DNA of 62,037 bases, filler included, from Streblomastix strix (taxonomy: Eukaryota): NCBI GenBank assembly GCA_008636045.1. It is 3 parts of 3 records of this genome, joined end to end, with 100 filler letters (N's around TTAATTAATTAA, not from the genome) between each part and the next. Parts side by side here need not be neighbours in the genome. Positions count along the whole stretch, not along the records: positions 1 to 20,624 come from SNRW01000422.1; 2 more parts are not named here. The stretch is one strand, 5' to 3'. The translations under genes and the position numbers were made by a program. The notes below the pieces were generated by a model. It saw nothing but the letters and a program-made list of their open reading frames with translations, made no database searches and was not told where the DNA came from. This document shows, one piece after another, positions 1 through 14,229 of the stretch (positions within the stretch are counted from its first letter, which is position 1; each line of letters opens with the position of its first letter).

Positions 1-1
1 T

Positions 2-120
<119 letters not shown>

Positions 121-2622
121 TCTTCTTTTGGTCTATTTTACAATCTATCTAAATTTTACAGTTTTAGATATAATTTGATTTCTAATTTTTCTTTTTCTTT
201 TCTAGTCATTTAGTTATTATGCATTCTTTTTAAGAATTAATCATTTTCTATTAAGTAGAGAGCATATTTTAATCTTAAATCTGAATTTTTACTTATTTCT
301 TCTCTTTTTTTATTCATTTCCGATTCTTTACTTCATCAGTTCAAATAAAATATTCTGGAGGACTTTGAAGATTCTTAACAAAATATCCTCTTTGCATCTA
401 TTTTATCCTTCTTCAAATAAAAAACATTTGTTCCAAACGTAATCATTTTTCTTATACTATAAGTTATTGTGAATAGTAATGCGTAAAGTACGCAGATATC
501 AGATCCAATAGTGGATTGATACAGATGGATGATTTCGCCCAAAGGCAATTTCAACAGTTTTATTTGATAAAATTATTTAAATAAATTTTATTGAAAAATT
601 TCCACAATTGCAAAATTAATAATTTTGCTGATTTAAAAAATACAGAAAAAAAATTATTTTGCACCTCGAAATAGATACAATATGCAGCATAGTTTGATGA
701 ATATTATCATTTATATTTGATATAAATGCAGATGTTAGATGATAAATATGGATGTTTCCATATCATAATCACACGAATAATATTTTATTTTGAAAAAGTA
801 TTATATGAATTAGAATATTATGCGGTTCATTTTTGCATAGTTGCCACAATTACATAGACAATGAACCTAAAAATTTTAAAGCCACAATAGTGCAATGAAA
901 ATAATTATGAAACGTAATTTAAATATTGATTAATTTTGAAAAAAATATAACATATTAATATTAACAAAGCACAATTGAAAATTTAACTTTTTTGCATAAT
1001 TGATCCATTAGAGTAAGGAAAAATGTTTTATAAAACCTGTATAGCTACATTGTTGATAATTATTTTTCTTTATTTTATCTATGTAAGCGATTCAATGTAA
1101 GAAAGAGAAGATGTTTATTTGATTTAAACTTCAAAAATTAAAGACTTAAATGAAAATAAAAAACATTCGTAATTTGAATTTCGAGGATATTTAGAGTTAA
1201 TTATAATAAGTGTTGCTCGAATTCAGGTTGCACTGCTTGGAGTCTATATAGTTGTACAGTTAATTAGTCAGGCTAAATCAATATCAACCCCCTATAAAAC
1301 TCCTACTTCTACAATTCATATACATTGTGCAAAAAAAATATTTTTTTGTGTACTATAATTATATTTAAATATTTAGTATGTTAATAATAGTTTATTTATT
1401 AATCAATCATTCAATAATAATAAATGTCATATTTAATCAAAGAGCACTCAAATTTTGAAGAATCTGTCTTAAAAATAATTTTTTTCAGATCTGCTTTTTT
1501 TCAATAAACGATAGCTAAGAAAAAAGCAAGAATATCCTATTTCTTTTCCAATAAATGAACAACTGAATTCAGGATAGATTCATCTTCAGGTATTTAAATA
1601 TAAGAAATATTAATATTTTATTTAAAATATAGCGATTTATTTTAATTATCTTTATTTATTTTGCATTTTGTCTTAACAACATGCCAAGAATGCTCAATAA
1701 ATCAAAAATGAGAAAAGCAATGAAATTTTAATAAGAAATAGATGAAACCGAAATTAAATCTAAAATAACTCAAAATAAATAAGATGATAATGAAGAAAAT
1801 AAAAAAATCAAAAGTAAGTATCTTTAACTTTTTTATTTTATTTTATTTTGAACTGTATTTTGTTAAATAAATTTATTTAAATTTCATAAAAAAATTAATA
1901 AAATTTATGCATTCAATACAATTTTGATATGTACTTCGGAACAATAAATTTCATTTTTTAGCTATTTTCCAATTAAAAACTTTTATTTTTAATTTTCTAC
2001 TTTTTAAAAAAATTTTTTTTAATATAATGAAAAAGTTTTAAAATTTCATATAATTTATTTTAATTAAATAGAACTTAATTTATGCATTGTTCATTGTAAA
2101 AACTTGGAGATGGTGTAAGTGTTGAATTTTTCCTTTTAAATTTTTGAAAATTGTACCAACGGAGTTCATGAAAAATAACTATTTATTTTTTGAAAATTTA
2201 GAGTGGCAGCAAAAACCGTCCCAAAATGGCTGCTGCCACACAAATTTGTATTTAAAAAAATCATTGGTTCTAACTCTTCTCCCTATCCAATATTTAGTTA
2301 AATAATTTATTACAAATTGCATAAGCCATCAACACAACTATTCATTAAAGGAATCAATTTTCTATCAAATGACAAGAAATGCCTGATGTGGCTCATTCTC
2401 GGTAGATAATATTAAGAGTACCACATTTTAATTAAAGAGAACAATTAAATTAAAATGAACAAAAGTTTTATGCTTAAAACTCCAATAACCCTTCATATAC
2501 ATTGCCATCTTTACAAACTACACCAATTGAATTCATTATCTAATCAAAGATATATGAAAATCACTGATCAGCATTTTTCTAATTCTTGAAATTGATTTTT
2601 TAACGTAATATTTTATTTGAAT

Positions 2623-4162
2623 TAGAGCTATTAAAATTCGTCAATGAATATTGTTTTTTCGAACGAATTCATCAGTAAATTTAAAAATTTTAACTAAAAT
2701 AACTTAATCTTTATATTTCAATGTAAAGGATAAGAATTTGGTATACTATATTATGTATATTAGTACAAAATTCGAAAATAAAAATAAAATTATAAGAAAT
2801 TAAATTAGTATTATATTATAAAATGGATTAAATTGAAAAATTAAAATTGAAACAAATATTTGATTTATTAAAAAGATAATATAAAAAATAGTTTGTTTAA
2901 TTGCAAAAATATTTATTATAAAATACTTATTAAAAATATAATTGAGTAAATTATATATGAAATTTTAGTTTAAAGATATATAAAATAGACATTATTAAAA
3001 ATAATAAAAAAAATTTGTTTGAGAGCAAGGTGAATAAAGATTAATAAAATATATATTGAATTTTTCTTATTTTCGTATATAACTCAAATATAAATTATTT
3101 TCCAAAGAAATAAAAAGTTATTTTGGTATAAATATGAGTTTTATTATTAAAATTCAGTTTTATTATTAATAATGATTTCAGTTGATTGAAAGGATGTTAA
3201 ATTTTATCATTTTCGAGATAAATATTAAAATTATTTATAACTTATACAAATATTGAACAGTTAACCTGATTAAAACTTAATAATGAATTTTTAAAAATTC
3301 TTTCATAACTACATGATCGATTTTCTATTTAATGAATATTAATTTTTATGAGAAAGAGAGAATCAGGCCAATAAATTTGAAATAATTTTCAATTTATTAT
3401 TGCTGGAATTCACATTTCAAACTTTTCATCAAGAAAAATCACTGACGAAAAAGTTTCACCCACGATTATCTTTTCTAAATTCATATTAATTAAATAAAAA
3501 ATATTCAATAATTCTCTCCGAATCACAACATTTATATATAATACCTATTCAATAGGTTTTGTTTAAATAAAAATTTGATCTTAATAAGTTTTTGAAATAT
3601 TTGTTTTAACTTAATATATGAATTAAATTAAATATTATATGTAATATAATTTAATAATTTATATAAAAGTATTTAATTTTTATGGACCAAATTTGAAAAA
3701 TCTTAAACAGTTCACAAATAAAATATAAAATTGACGAATTCGTCAAAATTTAATTGGCTGACGAATTGGCGGCTTCAAAATTTTTCGCTAAATTCGTCAA
3801 ATTCTCATAAACTACCTATTGTTTTATCGATTTTAACTATTTCTATTTTTATTACAATTATTACACGAATATGATATAATTTAATCAAATTCGATATTTT
3901 TAAGACTAAGAAAAAAAAATAAATTGATTTTTTGTTTATTTTTTAATAAAATATGATCTTTATTTAATATAATACTTCAATTTGATATATACCTGTAATG
4001 AATATTAAATATATTAACATTAATATATTATTCAAAGGAAAACATCAAAGTCTAGAATGCTTTAAAATTTTTATTTTTTTTATTTTAAAAAATATTTTGT
4101 GACGAATTTCGTCAAGGAAAATTGCCCATTATGGACGCATTTGACGAATTTTAACAGCTCTA
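2623..4162. mobile_element. Non-autonomous hAT-like DNA transposon (MITE-like, 1540 bp)
   Basis: TIRs TAGAGCTATTAAAATTCGTCAA (2623-2644) and TTGACGAATTTTAACAGCTCTA (4141-4162) match 21/22. A perfect 8-bp direct repeat ATTTGAAT flanks both ends (2615-2622, 4163-4170). Repeated subterminal GACGAATT/AATTCGTC motifs at ~3731-3800 and ~4099-4115. No transposase ORF seen. Confidence 0.85.
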
Positions 4163-4321
4163 ATTTGAATATTTGAATAATATTTCAAACAAAAGATAAT
4201 AAATGAATATTTTTGAAATATATCTAATTTTATTATAATTTACTGTATTGAGATGGTTATTCATAAGTAAAAAAAAATGAATGCATAAATTCAACAACTC
4301 CATTATTTTGTATTAATTTAA

Positions 4322-7048
4322 TCAGTCCTTCCTCCTCTTCTGCAACGCGCCAACCATACCTTCGCTGATCTACGCCAGTTATTGTGTTATCTACGACGGC
4401 GCCTCTTTGAAAGTCAGCCCATTAACAGATTTCTTCAAATGCGGGTGCTTGTCACTCAGCGGGTCTTCCTTAGCTGCAGATTACTCACCTTTCTGCTGTG
4501 ATGCGCTCTGATTAGATCCATTCTGCCCACTTCCAAGCTGCGCATCGCCAGTAAGTTTTCTCTCAGCTTCTTCCTCAATAAGTCTCTTGGTCGAAGGCCC
4601 AATGTAATCCAAGTATGTCGGTGACTTGTACATCAGAGCGCCTGCACCACCTGCTTTGAGCATTCCAACAGCTGACGGTGCTGATTTCTTAAGCGCGCGC
4701 CTCTGACCGACGTTGTAATCAATCACACACGGCCCATCAAAAAACATTATCGGTTCGTCTAGCTCATCTTCTGTCATATCAGCATTCGCTTTTGTTGCTT
4801 TCTTCTTGCTACTCACATTTTAACTCACTTCATCATTTTATTAATTCTGATCTTCGCCTTCGCCTTATGTCCCTCCAATCTAATTATCCTCATTATCTTC
4901 ATCATCATCATCGCTTCCTTCTTATCCTTAAACTCCAATTTCTGCATCTCGTCTTTCACGAAGTCTTTTCAATCTCTGCTCTTCTTCTCTTTGGACGTCT
5001 TATGCGATGTCAACTGGGCTGATAACTGCTCCTTTCTGGTTCGCGATCGCCATAAGTTGAACTCCAGGTCCAGAATGTGCATGTTTGGATGATACGCCAG
5101 GTTGCTATAAAGATCGGAGGCCCTTTTTTGATGCGCCGAGCTGCAAGAAAAGCCCAAATGACGAGTCTGCTTCTTCCACGAATATCTTTCTTCGCTTCTT
5201 CTGTGAGATTGGAACAACTTCTGTCATGAATCCATCAAGCGGGCGATGAAGTTTTTGTTTTTCTTCATCGTTTTCATCTTTTTCTTATTTTTAAGCTTCA
5301 TTTGAATCACCCTCTGGTTATTCTTAGATTTCATCCAATTATTTTGATCTGTTAGTGATATTTAACAGACTATCTTACTAATTATCACTTTTATTTTCTT
5401 ATTCCTACTCTTTCTATTTATTTTATTCATCAATGTTCTTCTTCTTCTCTTTGAATTCATACCCTCCTTTCCCTTCATAAATAGCTCGCATCATATCGCC
5501 CGACATCTGCCTCGACGCTCTCTAAGCCAGGAAAGTAGCCTCAAAGTCTCTTTACACGTGTTATGGGCTGAAGTCGAACCTCTGTCTGCTTGTAAAAGCT
5601 TTTCCAGCTTTGGTTGTTCCAATTGGTCCGTTACTTGCATTTGATGCCATGTTACCATACTTATCGATTGTGAATGATGGAACATACAGTCCAGTATCAT
5701 TCAAAGAATCCGTTATCTGGTCATTTTCAGCTCCTGTTTTGTTTGTTTTTTAGCTTCGATCCGTTTTATTGAGTCTGTCAGATGAAAGCATGTTTGATTA
5801 TTAAGCACTTTTACCTTTAGACGTATTATCCATACTCCTCGAAGTCCCATCAAGCTCATTCCCCAACCCCACAATCTGATCCACATCCTAACTATCTCTA
5901 TTCTTCAATGATCTCCCCATAAATTAGTCCATGTTGTCGCATCCAGAAGATGCAGCTGCTTTTGTCAGTGGCGCTCTTAGAGTCCTGTTTCCAGTGTCTG
6001 TTGTTGGTGGTGGCAATCCAGACACTGCGATATCTGACGGGATGAACTCGAGCCTGCGAAGTGTAGGGTGCGATGGCTAATGGGGTTATTTGGTGGTGAT
6101 ATGGAATAGAATGTTGATAGTATATAGGAAAAGAAAAATATATGAGTTGATATATATTATGAATTTGGTAATAAAAGTATATTAAATGGTTTATAATTAT
6201 TTGGAATAATAATGTTATATTAACTAAATGTAAATATTTCAAGATATAATCTTATATATAAATAGATATAACAAACAAGTGTTTATGCCTAAAGATCAAT
6301 TTTTGGTACTTTGGTTTATTACTGCGAATTTAGTGTTCCAGAAAGATTAGATCCGCTGTTTGCTGTTCGGTTTGTTTAAGTAGGAGGCTCTGTTTCGTTC
6401 ATTTCAGCTTCAAGTGCTTGCTAATTCATATGATTATATAGTTAAGAATAAATATAATAAGATAATAATCGTAGAATATACTTTTTCTTGATATGGTAAA
6501 GTTCGTTTTGTAAGAACTGCTTCCAACTCATCTATGTCAACATCTCCAAATTGGTTTTCAATTGTTTTCTTAGGTACACTACCTTCCTTTACCATTCCAA
6601 ATAATCGCAGGTGTGATATGGGAACATCATAATCCTGTGGAAGATGGAATAATAAAAAAACATAATTAAAGTATGTAGAAAATCGTTATTATTATTGGCA
6701 AACGCAAAATGATTCTTTCATCCTAGACATCATCACATTTTCGAGGTGGTAATTATCATGGTAGTTTTTTTATTCAGCAACCGGGTCGATTCCTGAAGTT
6801 TTTCTGTTAATTTTGGTTTTCATAACGATTTTCATAGTAATGAAAAATTTATTAAATAAATAACGCTTTAAAATATTTTTTATTTTAAAAAATTAAACAA
6901 ACCTGCTCTTTGCAAGTGATGAAGGAGCATTAACAAGCCTCAGTTTCATTCTGCGCTCTTTCAGCATTTCAAGTCCGTTGATGGCAGCTTCCACTGGCAA
7001 GTTTCCGATATGTGCAGGACTCTCGGGTACTAAACGTGCACGAGTCAT
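4322..7048 (-). CDS. Multi-exon hypothetical protein (acidic/Gln-rich, unknown function)
   Basis: ATG at 7048 (MTRARLVPESPAHIGNLP…), several GT-AG introns between ~6100 and 6900, and a long last exon open only with TAR=Gln that ends …GALQKRRKD-TGA at 4322. It contains the listed ORF 4481-4816. Confidence 0.7.
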
Positions 7049-8107
7049 TGATATTTTGGTGAAGTGGAGGCGATTTTGTTACAAAGTTTCTTAACGGTTA
7101 AAAATTTGTTCTTGTTTGATACATTATTAAACCTTTTATTTTTTTATTAAATAATGTTATTATTTACAATATGAAATTTTAATTGTATTAAATATGGTTA
7201 TTCTAACTGTATTAATTAAGTTATAAAAACTCAATTAATTTAATCTACTGTCATGTGTTTATTAAGTTAACATACAAATTCAGTAGCACTCTTTTGAATT
7301 CTTTTGATTTATCTTTCTAGTATATTTCAATCATCTTTTTCTTAAAAAAATAACAAAATTTTTTTTATTCATGAACCAGAAATTTATTTTTTATTATTAT
7401 TAATCTTCAATGTAAATTATATAAAGATATAATATTAGAAAGTTATATTTGAATTCATATATTAAATATAATTTATGAAACTCTTTAATCATTATTAATC
7501 ATTGTCATAATTTTGCTGATAAATTTAATTAGTTTTTTATTTTTTTTTTAAATCTAACTGTATACAGCGTTCCCTCTAGCCTTTGGACTTGTTGCATTTT
7601 GCAACAAGTCAAAAAATATTAATTGGAAGGTGCATCAAGTCATATTGAAAATTGAAGGAAAGATATATATTAAATACATGATTCTAAAAGATGGTCAACT
7701 ACCAAATAAATAATGCAGTAATCTACAATCAATATGTATCTTAGAATATAAGAAGAGAAAGAAAATCCTTAAAAAGAAATTTCGCTTCCTAAATCTCAAC
7801 TTGTATTATAACATCCTCAATCAATCACTTTTCAATTAAAACTAATTAATGTTTAACACGAATAATTATGTATTTCAACATAACCAAAAGTCACATCAGA
7901 ACCAAAGATAGTGATTCAACCTCCATAAATTCAAGTAGCTGTTATGTAAATGTCATAAGGTATTATTAAAGAGAAAATTAAATTAAGATTTGATTATTTA
8001 TTTAAATAATTAAATTTTATAATTATTCTTAGTCAATATTAATCATAATATCTTTTTTTAATATATATTTCATATATAATATTCATATTATATTTAATTA
8101 ATATAGT

Positions 8108-9200
8108 CCTAACCCCAGTTGAGAGCGAGTGCCTCAAAGATGTTGAAGTCAGTGGGGATACATATACCCATACAAAAGAGAATAGGAATAATTGTACAAT
8201 TCTATTAGACACGATAATCAATAAAGGAGTTGTGAAATTGGAAATACTCGTAATAAAAGACTTAGGAGGTTATATCAAATATTGATAATTAATAATTGAA
8301 TAATAATAATTATATATTTATTTAAATATATTAAATAACTTTTTCATATTTATTCTTATTCACTTTTTATTTATATTTAATTGAACAGGTATTGGAATCG
8401 CAGAAGGATCTGTGTTCTATGATCGAAATGAATAGCCTTGGGGAATTGACTTATAATATTTAATATATTTGAGATTATTGAATAATTAATGAAATATTCA
8501 TTATATTCTTTATACTCAATATTAACTATAATAGGCTGGGATAAGATCGTTGAATATATTTGCACGTGTGATTATTATAATATTTCAACAATTAATTTAT
8601 TTCTTTTTTATTTGAACTATTTTGTACTTTATCATCATTGCATTTATTTCTATCGTATTATTATTATATTAATTATTTTAGCAGAGGTTTTCAACATATT
8701 GGTAGAGATTGTATTAAAAGAAACTCTGTATTATATGATGATGGATCTCGTATTGGAATGTAGGTTTGTCTGATTGAGATGAATTGATTTATTATTAAAA
8801 TATTAGAAGAATATATAATTATTAATAAACCATATATTTTAACATCAAATGTATTATTCTTAATTTTTCATTAATTTAAATCAAATAAATATAGATTCAA
8901 ATCATAGTACTCTTACTTTCTTTGTTAATGATGAAGAGCAAAAGAACTTTGTCACTAATATTCCAAATATCGTGAGAATATTTGTATGTAAATAATATTA
9001 TATTAATTAATATTATATCTAAACTAGTAATAAATATATTTTATTAATATATTTCTATTAATCATCACTTTTTTATTATTAAATTAACAGTGTTACATTT
9101 GGGTTAATGATGTTTCATTTAGAATCACAAAGTTCGAATTTCTCTCAACTCCGACAGCCAATCATGAAAAAGGATCACGAGCTTTGAAATATTTAAAGTT
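8108..9200 (+). CDS. B30.2/SPRY-like domain protein, multi-exon (5' extent uncertain, possibly degenerate)
   Basis: Short exons translate as DTYTHTKENRNNCTILLDTIINKGVVKLEI / IGIA / GWDKIVEY / YYDDGSRIGM / TLTFFVNDEEQKNFVTNIP, the beta-strand pattern of SPRY domains. Confidence 0.55.
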
Positions 9201-9331
9201 ATGAGCGAATGGAGAATGTATTTTAATTTAATACTCAATTTAATCAAATAACGAATTTCTGTTTAGAATTTTGTCCAACAAATTAATTTCTATAATTTTC
9301 ATAATTATCTCTTTTTCAGATTAGACTTGCA

Positions 9332-10010
9332 ATGGCACAAGCACTCATCGTCTGCTACTCACCAACCTCAAACACAAAACTCATTTCTAGTCTTATTGTT
9401 GAAGAAATGAACAAAAACATTATACAAGCAAGTGTAGAGAATGTTTCGTAGAGTGATGTCAAACCCTGATTCTTTTCAACCTTCAAACAGGGTTTCAAAA
9501 TGTTTGACAGCCATAGCTACAAACTTGATAATCCACCCCAAAATGATCCACGTAAATTCAAGAAAGTTATTTTTAGGGAACACGTTTTGTGGTATAATGT
9601 AGTATCACCTTTAAATGAATGGTTGAAAATCGCGAAATACGACTTATAGAACTCGAATTTTGGCAGAAATATCAGATCCATTCTAAAATACTAGATATTA
9701 ATGATAAAGAGATTTGTGATTAGAAAAGTTTCTATGTTGGATCATAATTTGCAGGGAGTATACTTCTTAAAGGTCCTCTTCTTAGAAGAAGTGAGAATAA
9801 ACCAGCCAATGCACATTAACTCTATACTGAATATATAAATGATGATAAACTAATTCCAAAAGTAGAAAATGGAAATTCTGAATTTGAAGCATTGAATTAA
9901 CTTTTTAACCTCGAGAGCTTAATCCTTGGGAAATCAAGCACTAATCCACCAAATAAAACAACTCCAACTTCAGATTCAAAAAAGAACGAAGAAAAACAAG
10001 AATTAAATTA
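9332..10010 (+). pseudogene. Flavodoxin-like pseudogene
   Basis: MAQALIVCYSPTSNTKLIS resembles the flavodoxin FMN-binding start (IVYYSxTGNTxxIA). In-frame TGA at 9467-9469. Downstream remnant VIFREHVLWYNVVSPLNEWLK. Confidence 0.5.
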
Positions 10011-10357
10011 GATTGTTATTTATAATTTTTATTATTCATTCATTTTTATTTACAAATTAACAAACAATAAACTTAATATAATGTTACCATCTTAAAACTT
10101 CAAAAAATAGCTAAATTCATTTTATCAACCAAGTACTTATTTTATATTGCAAGAATCACTTACAAGCATTATTTAATATTCGGTGGAATGCGCAGATACT
10201 AAAATAAAATTTCAATTTGTTATAAGCATTGGATTATTATTACCTTATATTTACAATAAGATTAAGTAACTAAAAAAATAGAATGTACTAATTAGTATGA
10301 ACCGAATAACTATTGTTCAAAAATAAAATATATAAAAATTTGAACGTACCAAATTGG

Positions 10358-11056
10358 TCATATTCTACGCCTGTGAATGAAGTGGTTCAGTATTTCTGCT
10401 TTGGCTTTATTTGCTTATTATTTGACATCACTATAATATCCTTATACTTTTCTATAATTACTCATTTAAGCTTCAATTTCTTCATTTGCTCCTTCTTCTT
10501 CTATTTATTCTTCTGTCCTTCGTGCAAGTAATGGAAGTGGTTGGAAAGATGGTTACCAATTTCTCCTTTCATGAAGTGCTCTGAGGAAATTGAAGATGTG
10601 AAACAATTCATTCAAGATCTCCTCATCCTTTTCCTCGTTAATGCCTCCAGCTGTGCTGAATGAAATGCAAATCACTTTTCCATATCCAACATTTACAAGA
10701 TCAGCAAAGTCTTATGCATCTCCATATTCTTGAATCCAGCTAAGATATTATCTACTATTATATCTGACATTTAATCTCAATCGATCAACTTTTTAGTTTG
10801 AATGATTACCGAGTTTGAATATGGTCAGCTAATTGATTGATCGAAGAATATTCTGATTCTTAATCATTTATTTAAAGTCATTATTATTTTTGACTTTATC
10901 TCTTAGGAATTTAATAGAAGAATTAACTTTAGTAAGAGAATCTGCTGATTCTGATTCTTGTAATTCATTTTATTTTCTTTCCTTTTTATATGCGTATGAA
11001 TCAGTAAACGAAATTATGGCTCTAGCTGCATTATAGATTTCTTATTCTGTTTCCAT
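10358..11056 (-). CDS. Expanded-family helical (ARM-like) hypothetical protein, 232 aa
   Basis: Intact single-exon ORF with TAR=Gln (METEQEIYNAARAIISFTDS…STAGG…EQIEEEGANEEIEAQ…). Paralogue of 59518-60237. Confidence 0.75.
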
Positions 11057-12012
11057 TTTATCCTGATTTTTTTATATTAATAAAATAGAAAATGGAATAA
11101 TTAATATGAAAATTATAAGAGAAAGAATAAAAATATGGTTATTAGGCGCATAAAATATGTGGGAATGGCGAAACTAAGCGTTCTTTAAGAAAAAATCTCA
11201 TTTATTGCTATATATCATCATATTTATGACGTAATTTGTAAAAATTAAGTGCCACGCCTATTGAAGTTGTATAAAAACATTTTAAAATTATATTTTGATT
11301 TATGTAACATTTGTAAGAAATGATATTAAGCGAAGAATTTTGAGTTAGCAATTAAGAAGCAATTATAATTTGAATTAAGTAGATTTGTTGAAAAATAATT
11401 ATAAAGTTTAATTGCAATATTCAACATGTATCTATTTAGAGGATTGTTATGTTGTTCATCCACATTTTGCAAAATTATATTTTAACATCAATTAACAACT
11501 TATAAATAATTTTGATTGTGCCATTAGATAAAATTATTAAATGATGATTGAAAAAGACCTTATTGTAGCAAAATTATAATTAATTTGATGGTAAAATTGA
11601 ATTCCAAACCTGGAGTTTGAAACGCTTCTAACTCTTTTTTTTGTATCTATTAAAGTTAAATTTTTTATTTTTACTTAAATTATTCCATACATTAATATTA
11701 TTTTAAAATAATTAATTGTTTTCCTTAATATAATAATTTTTTTAAAAATTATTTAATTGAAAAACAGCCCATCAGCTAGGTTATTCAGTATGCTAATTAT
11801 TTAAATATATAATAAGTAAATAAATAAATTTCTTTTTTAAACAAAATTTTTTACTTAATTAATGCACATTTATAATTAATATTAATTAATGAATTTCTCG
11901 ATACTTATATAAAATTAATCTAATTAAGTATAAAAATATAGATACTATACAAAAAATTAGCGAGAAATTTGAGAAAAATTTAATTGATATAAGTAGTATA
12001 GTAAGAAGAAGT

Positions 12013-12116
12013 TTGTCGTAACTTCAAAATCATATTAATTTATATCAATTTGCCAGCGATTATTGAATCGGTATGACAAATTGATTTTATTTAATATGAT
12101 TTTAAACCTACGGCAA
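12013..12116. repeat. Long imperfect inverted repeat (hairpin)
   Basis: Arms 12013-12055 and 12074-12116 pair at 35/43 positions, with an inner stem CGATT-attg-AATCG (12057-12070). Confidence 0.85.
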
Positions 12117-12912
12117 CCAATCTTCTCCAAACCTATAGAATAAACATATTGTAAAGCATTTATCCCTCAAACGCATTGTATAAACGAATTGGAAAGCATT
12201 AATCATAAAAATTAACACAGCGATAAACGTTGTGTTGGGTTAATCATGTGTATTGTCATATATATGAACGGTAACGATTATTCAAGCGCCTGTTCCTAAT
12301 TTATAATTAAAAATATAAACAGTTAACCAATAAAGTTAGTCTTTATAGTAAATTGTATGGAGCAGCGTGTAGGACTGTTTGTTCGGTTTTATTTTTGGTT
12401 AATATTTTATAAAAATGTGTATGAGTAATAAAATAGTATTATTGAATAAAAATTTATAAGGAAAAAAATACAATCCTTGAATTTTTGAAAAGCTTTGCAA
12501 TTAATTTGATTACATAATTATTATAATAGTCTGTAGATGTATAGTACATATATATATATTTATTATTATATATAGCATCTATGTTTATAATGAAACAACA
12601 AATTAATTTATAAAAATTTTATTCATATAAAACCATTGCCATAACCGCAACTAGCCAACATGCTAAGAATGGAATATCATCTGACTTAAAAAATGTATGA
12701 ATCAAAATGTATATTATGATTATATAAAATTATTGCAATCGGTTTAATGATTGTTGTGTGACACTTCGGGGACGGATATATTCACCAGCCTGTATTAAGA
12801 TTGTTGAAGTACCAATTTATTATACTCATAAGGTTGCAAACAATATAGAAACATTAAAAGATAAATATAAGAGAACTTTTAAATTAGTTTGATATTTTTT
12901 CTAGATAAATAA

Positions 12913-13230
12913 ATGGATACAGAAAACTTAAAACTTACTTAAAAGGTTTATAGACCAAAGAAATATTTTACAGAATAGGAAGCATAAGAAATGGCTAAGA
13001 AGTAACGTGGTGAAGCTAAGAAAAGATAGCGTTTAAAGTAAAAATAATTTAAAGAATAACTCTCAATTTAGCAATCAATAATAATAGACACATTAAATAA
13101 AAAAATATTATCAGATGATATTTTAGAGTAAATTTCTAAATTAATTGAAGATCCAAACCTTTAATTGATCATTTCTTTTTTCATCTAAGTTTATTTTAAA
13201 GTTATTCTTAAGCTTTAATTGATGATATGA
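12913..13230 (+). CDS. Small basic hypothetical protein of the virus-like element
   Basis: MDTENLKLTQKVYRPKKYFTEQEAQEMAKKQR…, 105 aa with TAR=Gln, no intron. Confidence 0.5.
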
Positions 13231-14192
13231 TTCGTTTAGTTGCAACTTTATGTGTTTTAGGTCTGTCCATGTTTAATCGATCTTCCTTAGATAACAGTAC
13301 TTTACGTTATCTTGCGTTTAATGCTCCCTAATCAGTAACGTTATAATCAACTACTTTATGTGACTCGTTAGGATATTTTCCATACGATTGATGAACTGGT
13401 TTTTATCCCCAATCTAATCCTCCAATATATTATAGATCTTTGTTTGTTTCTTTACTATCTTAAATTAGTTATTTTTACTATTAATTTTATGCCTTCTATT
13501 ATTCAATATGTTATTTAAGAGAATCAGCTTATTATGCAAAATCAGTGAATTATTCTGTATCTGTTTCAAATGGATTAAACAAGCCATTTTAAAGCTTTTC
13601 TTACCATCGATTGTAACCTCCAAATTTTTCCATTCTACCCATCTTCACTATCATATATTCTTGGATCAGGTGCAGATGGTTATATCTTTTAACTAACATC
13701 ATGTGATGGTTAATTAAAACGATCATTAATATTTTAATTAGTATCAGCATCCGCTTATTACGTAAGTTGTTATTATTATGGAACTAGATATTGGTTTATC
13801 ATCTATTAAGCTTCTACATTACTTTCTATTAGATCATTAGGATCATATCCTCCATAGTGTCGCTTTTATCTAACTCCCCCTTTATATCCTTATATTCCTG
13901 CATCAGCTTCTTATCTCGAAATACTTGGATCAACTTCAATAATTTAATCAACAATCATTTCATATTAATTTCTAAGTAATTTTTTATTAACATTTTCTAT
14001 CTATCCAATATTATATAGAATTTAAGGTACTTTACATACTTATCTTGAATCAATGATCTATTATTTATGTTTATACTTTTATTTTAATTACATATATTCA
14101 TATATGTCTGATGTTTGTGGTAAAGTACTTGGTCTTCCTGCTTTCTTTGGCTTTGAACCTGCTGATTTAGCTCATTTAACTTCTCTTTACAT
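13181..14192 (-). pseudogene. Hypothetical protein of the virus-like element, disrupted
   Basis: MQREVK*AKSAGSKPKKAGRPSTLPQ…IIEVDPSISRQEADAG…; early in-frame TGA plus a probable frameshift near 13570-13640. Confidence 0.5.
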
Positions 14193-14229
14193 TTTAATTG
14201 TTGATAATTAGTATTATAGTAATAAACAA

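Noticed and set aside
2199..2238. TAGAGTGGCAGC…GCTGCCAC short inverted repeat as another transposon end
   Set aside because: No partner TIR or TSD found in the window.
2380..2560. Possible Sm/LSm-like fragment (VVCKDGNVYEGLL) on the minus strand
   Set aside because: Too short and disrupted to support a call.
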